This document shows, in pieces, positions 27,568 through 27,726 of a DNA stretch of 27,726 bases. Within the stretch, counting starts at the first letter, position 1, and every line of letters begins with the position of its first letter. The position numbers were made by a program, and so were the translations under genes. The DNA is from Nitrospira sp. (GTDB lineage: Bacteria > Nitrospirota > JACRHL01). The stretch is from positions 1-27,726 of the forward strand of contig JALWRU010000103.1 of the NCBI GenBank assembly GCA_026994095.1, in the 5' to 3' direction. The notes beneath the pieces were generated by a model. That model did not search any database, was not told the origin of the DNA, and saw only the letters and a program-made list of their open reading frames with translations.

Positions 27568-27726
27568 TCACTGCCCGTTTACGACACATCGTACCCCAAA
27601 ATCCGGCTGATTCAGGGTGCTGATCACTGCGTATCGATTTGCGGCACGTAAATAGGCCAGTGAGGAGATCCATCCCCCTCCCTTGAGTACATGGAACTTT
27701 TCACCAAACGCCTGTCGCTTCAAAGT
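27568..27726 (-). CDS. 3' end of an FGE-sulfatase domain (SUMF1/EgtB/PvdO family) protein; partial and missing from the ORF track
   Basis: Manual translation from 27726 gives TLKRQAFGEKFHVLKGGGWISSLAYLRAANRYAVISTLNQPDFGVRCVVNGQ*. This matches the family C-terminal signature V.(R/K)GG.W....LR.A.R........GFRC. Confidence 0.8.
   Translation of the reverse strand, partial: TLKRQAFGEKFHVLKGGGWISSLAYLRAANRYAVISTLNQPDFGVRCVVNGQ

Noticed and set aside
27580-27593. Dyad TACGA-CACA-TCGTA as an operator
   Set aside because: It falls inside the FGE coding sequence and is short enough to be chance.
27482-27673. 63-aa minus-strand ORF with an apparent GGAGG SD (possible leader peptide)
   Set aside because: It lies in another frame of the FGE-domain coding sequence. 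The purine run encodes KGGGW and sits only 3 nt from the ATG.
1-27726. CRISPR arrays, tRNA/rRNA genes, IS elements
   Set aside because: No regularly spaced repeats, cloverleaf or rRNA signatures, transposase ORFs or terminal inverted repeats were seen. Nearly all sequence is accounted for by CDS.

Overview
The window has two blocks. Left (1-13842): a divergent thioredoxin-reductase-like gene (5'-truncated, + strand) converges on a minus-strand run. In transcription order that run is lepA-lepB-kdsB-pyrG-kdsA-kdsD-kdsC-pgsA-plsY, then a TPR/Cys-cluster membrane protein, a DUF4388-like protein, an acidic orphan and cysQ. The Kdo genes indicate an LPS-bearing diderm; the gene order suggests Nitrospirota or a deltaproteobacterial-type lineage (inference only). 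Right (14029-27726, minus strand, lower GC at third codon positions in hand-counted samples): the 3' end of an FGE-sulfatase (SUMF1/EgtB/PvdO-like) gene that is absent from the ORF track, a 250-nt intergenic region with a sigma54-like site and GGTAG repeats, then a 12.4-kb gene. That gene encodes a 4139-aa Sec-exported protein: signal peptide, Gly-rich domain, 3 Ig, 8-repeat Trp-rich propeller, 5 Ig, second Gly-rich domain, 10 Ig, second propeller, 4 FN3, C-terminal domain. It overlaps by ATGA a 290-aa secreted partner. I see no recognised outer-membrane export or anchoring signal on either protein, so this pair is the best candidate for an undescribed surface-display system. No RNA genes, CRISPR arrays, transposases or integrases were recognised. 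All assignments come from motif reading, with no database searches.
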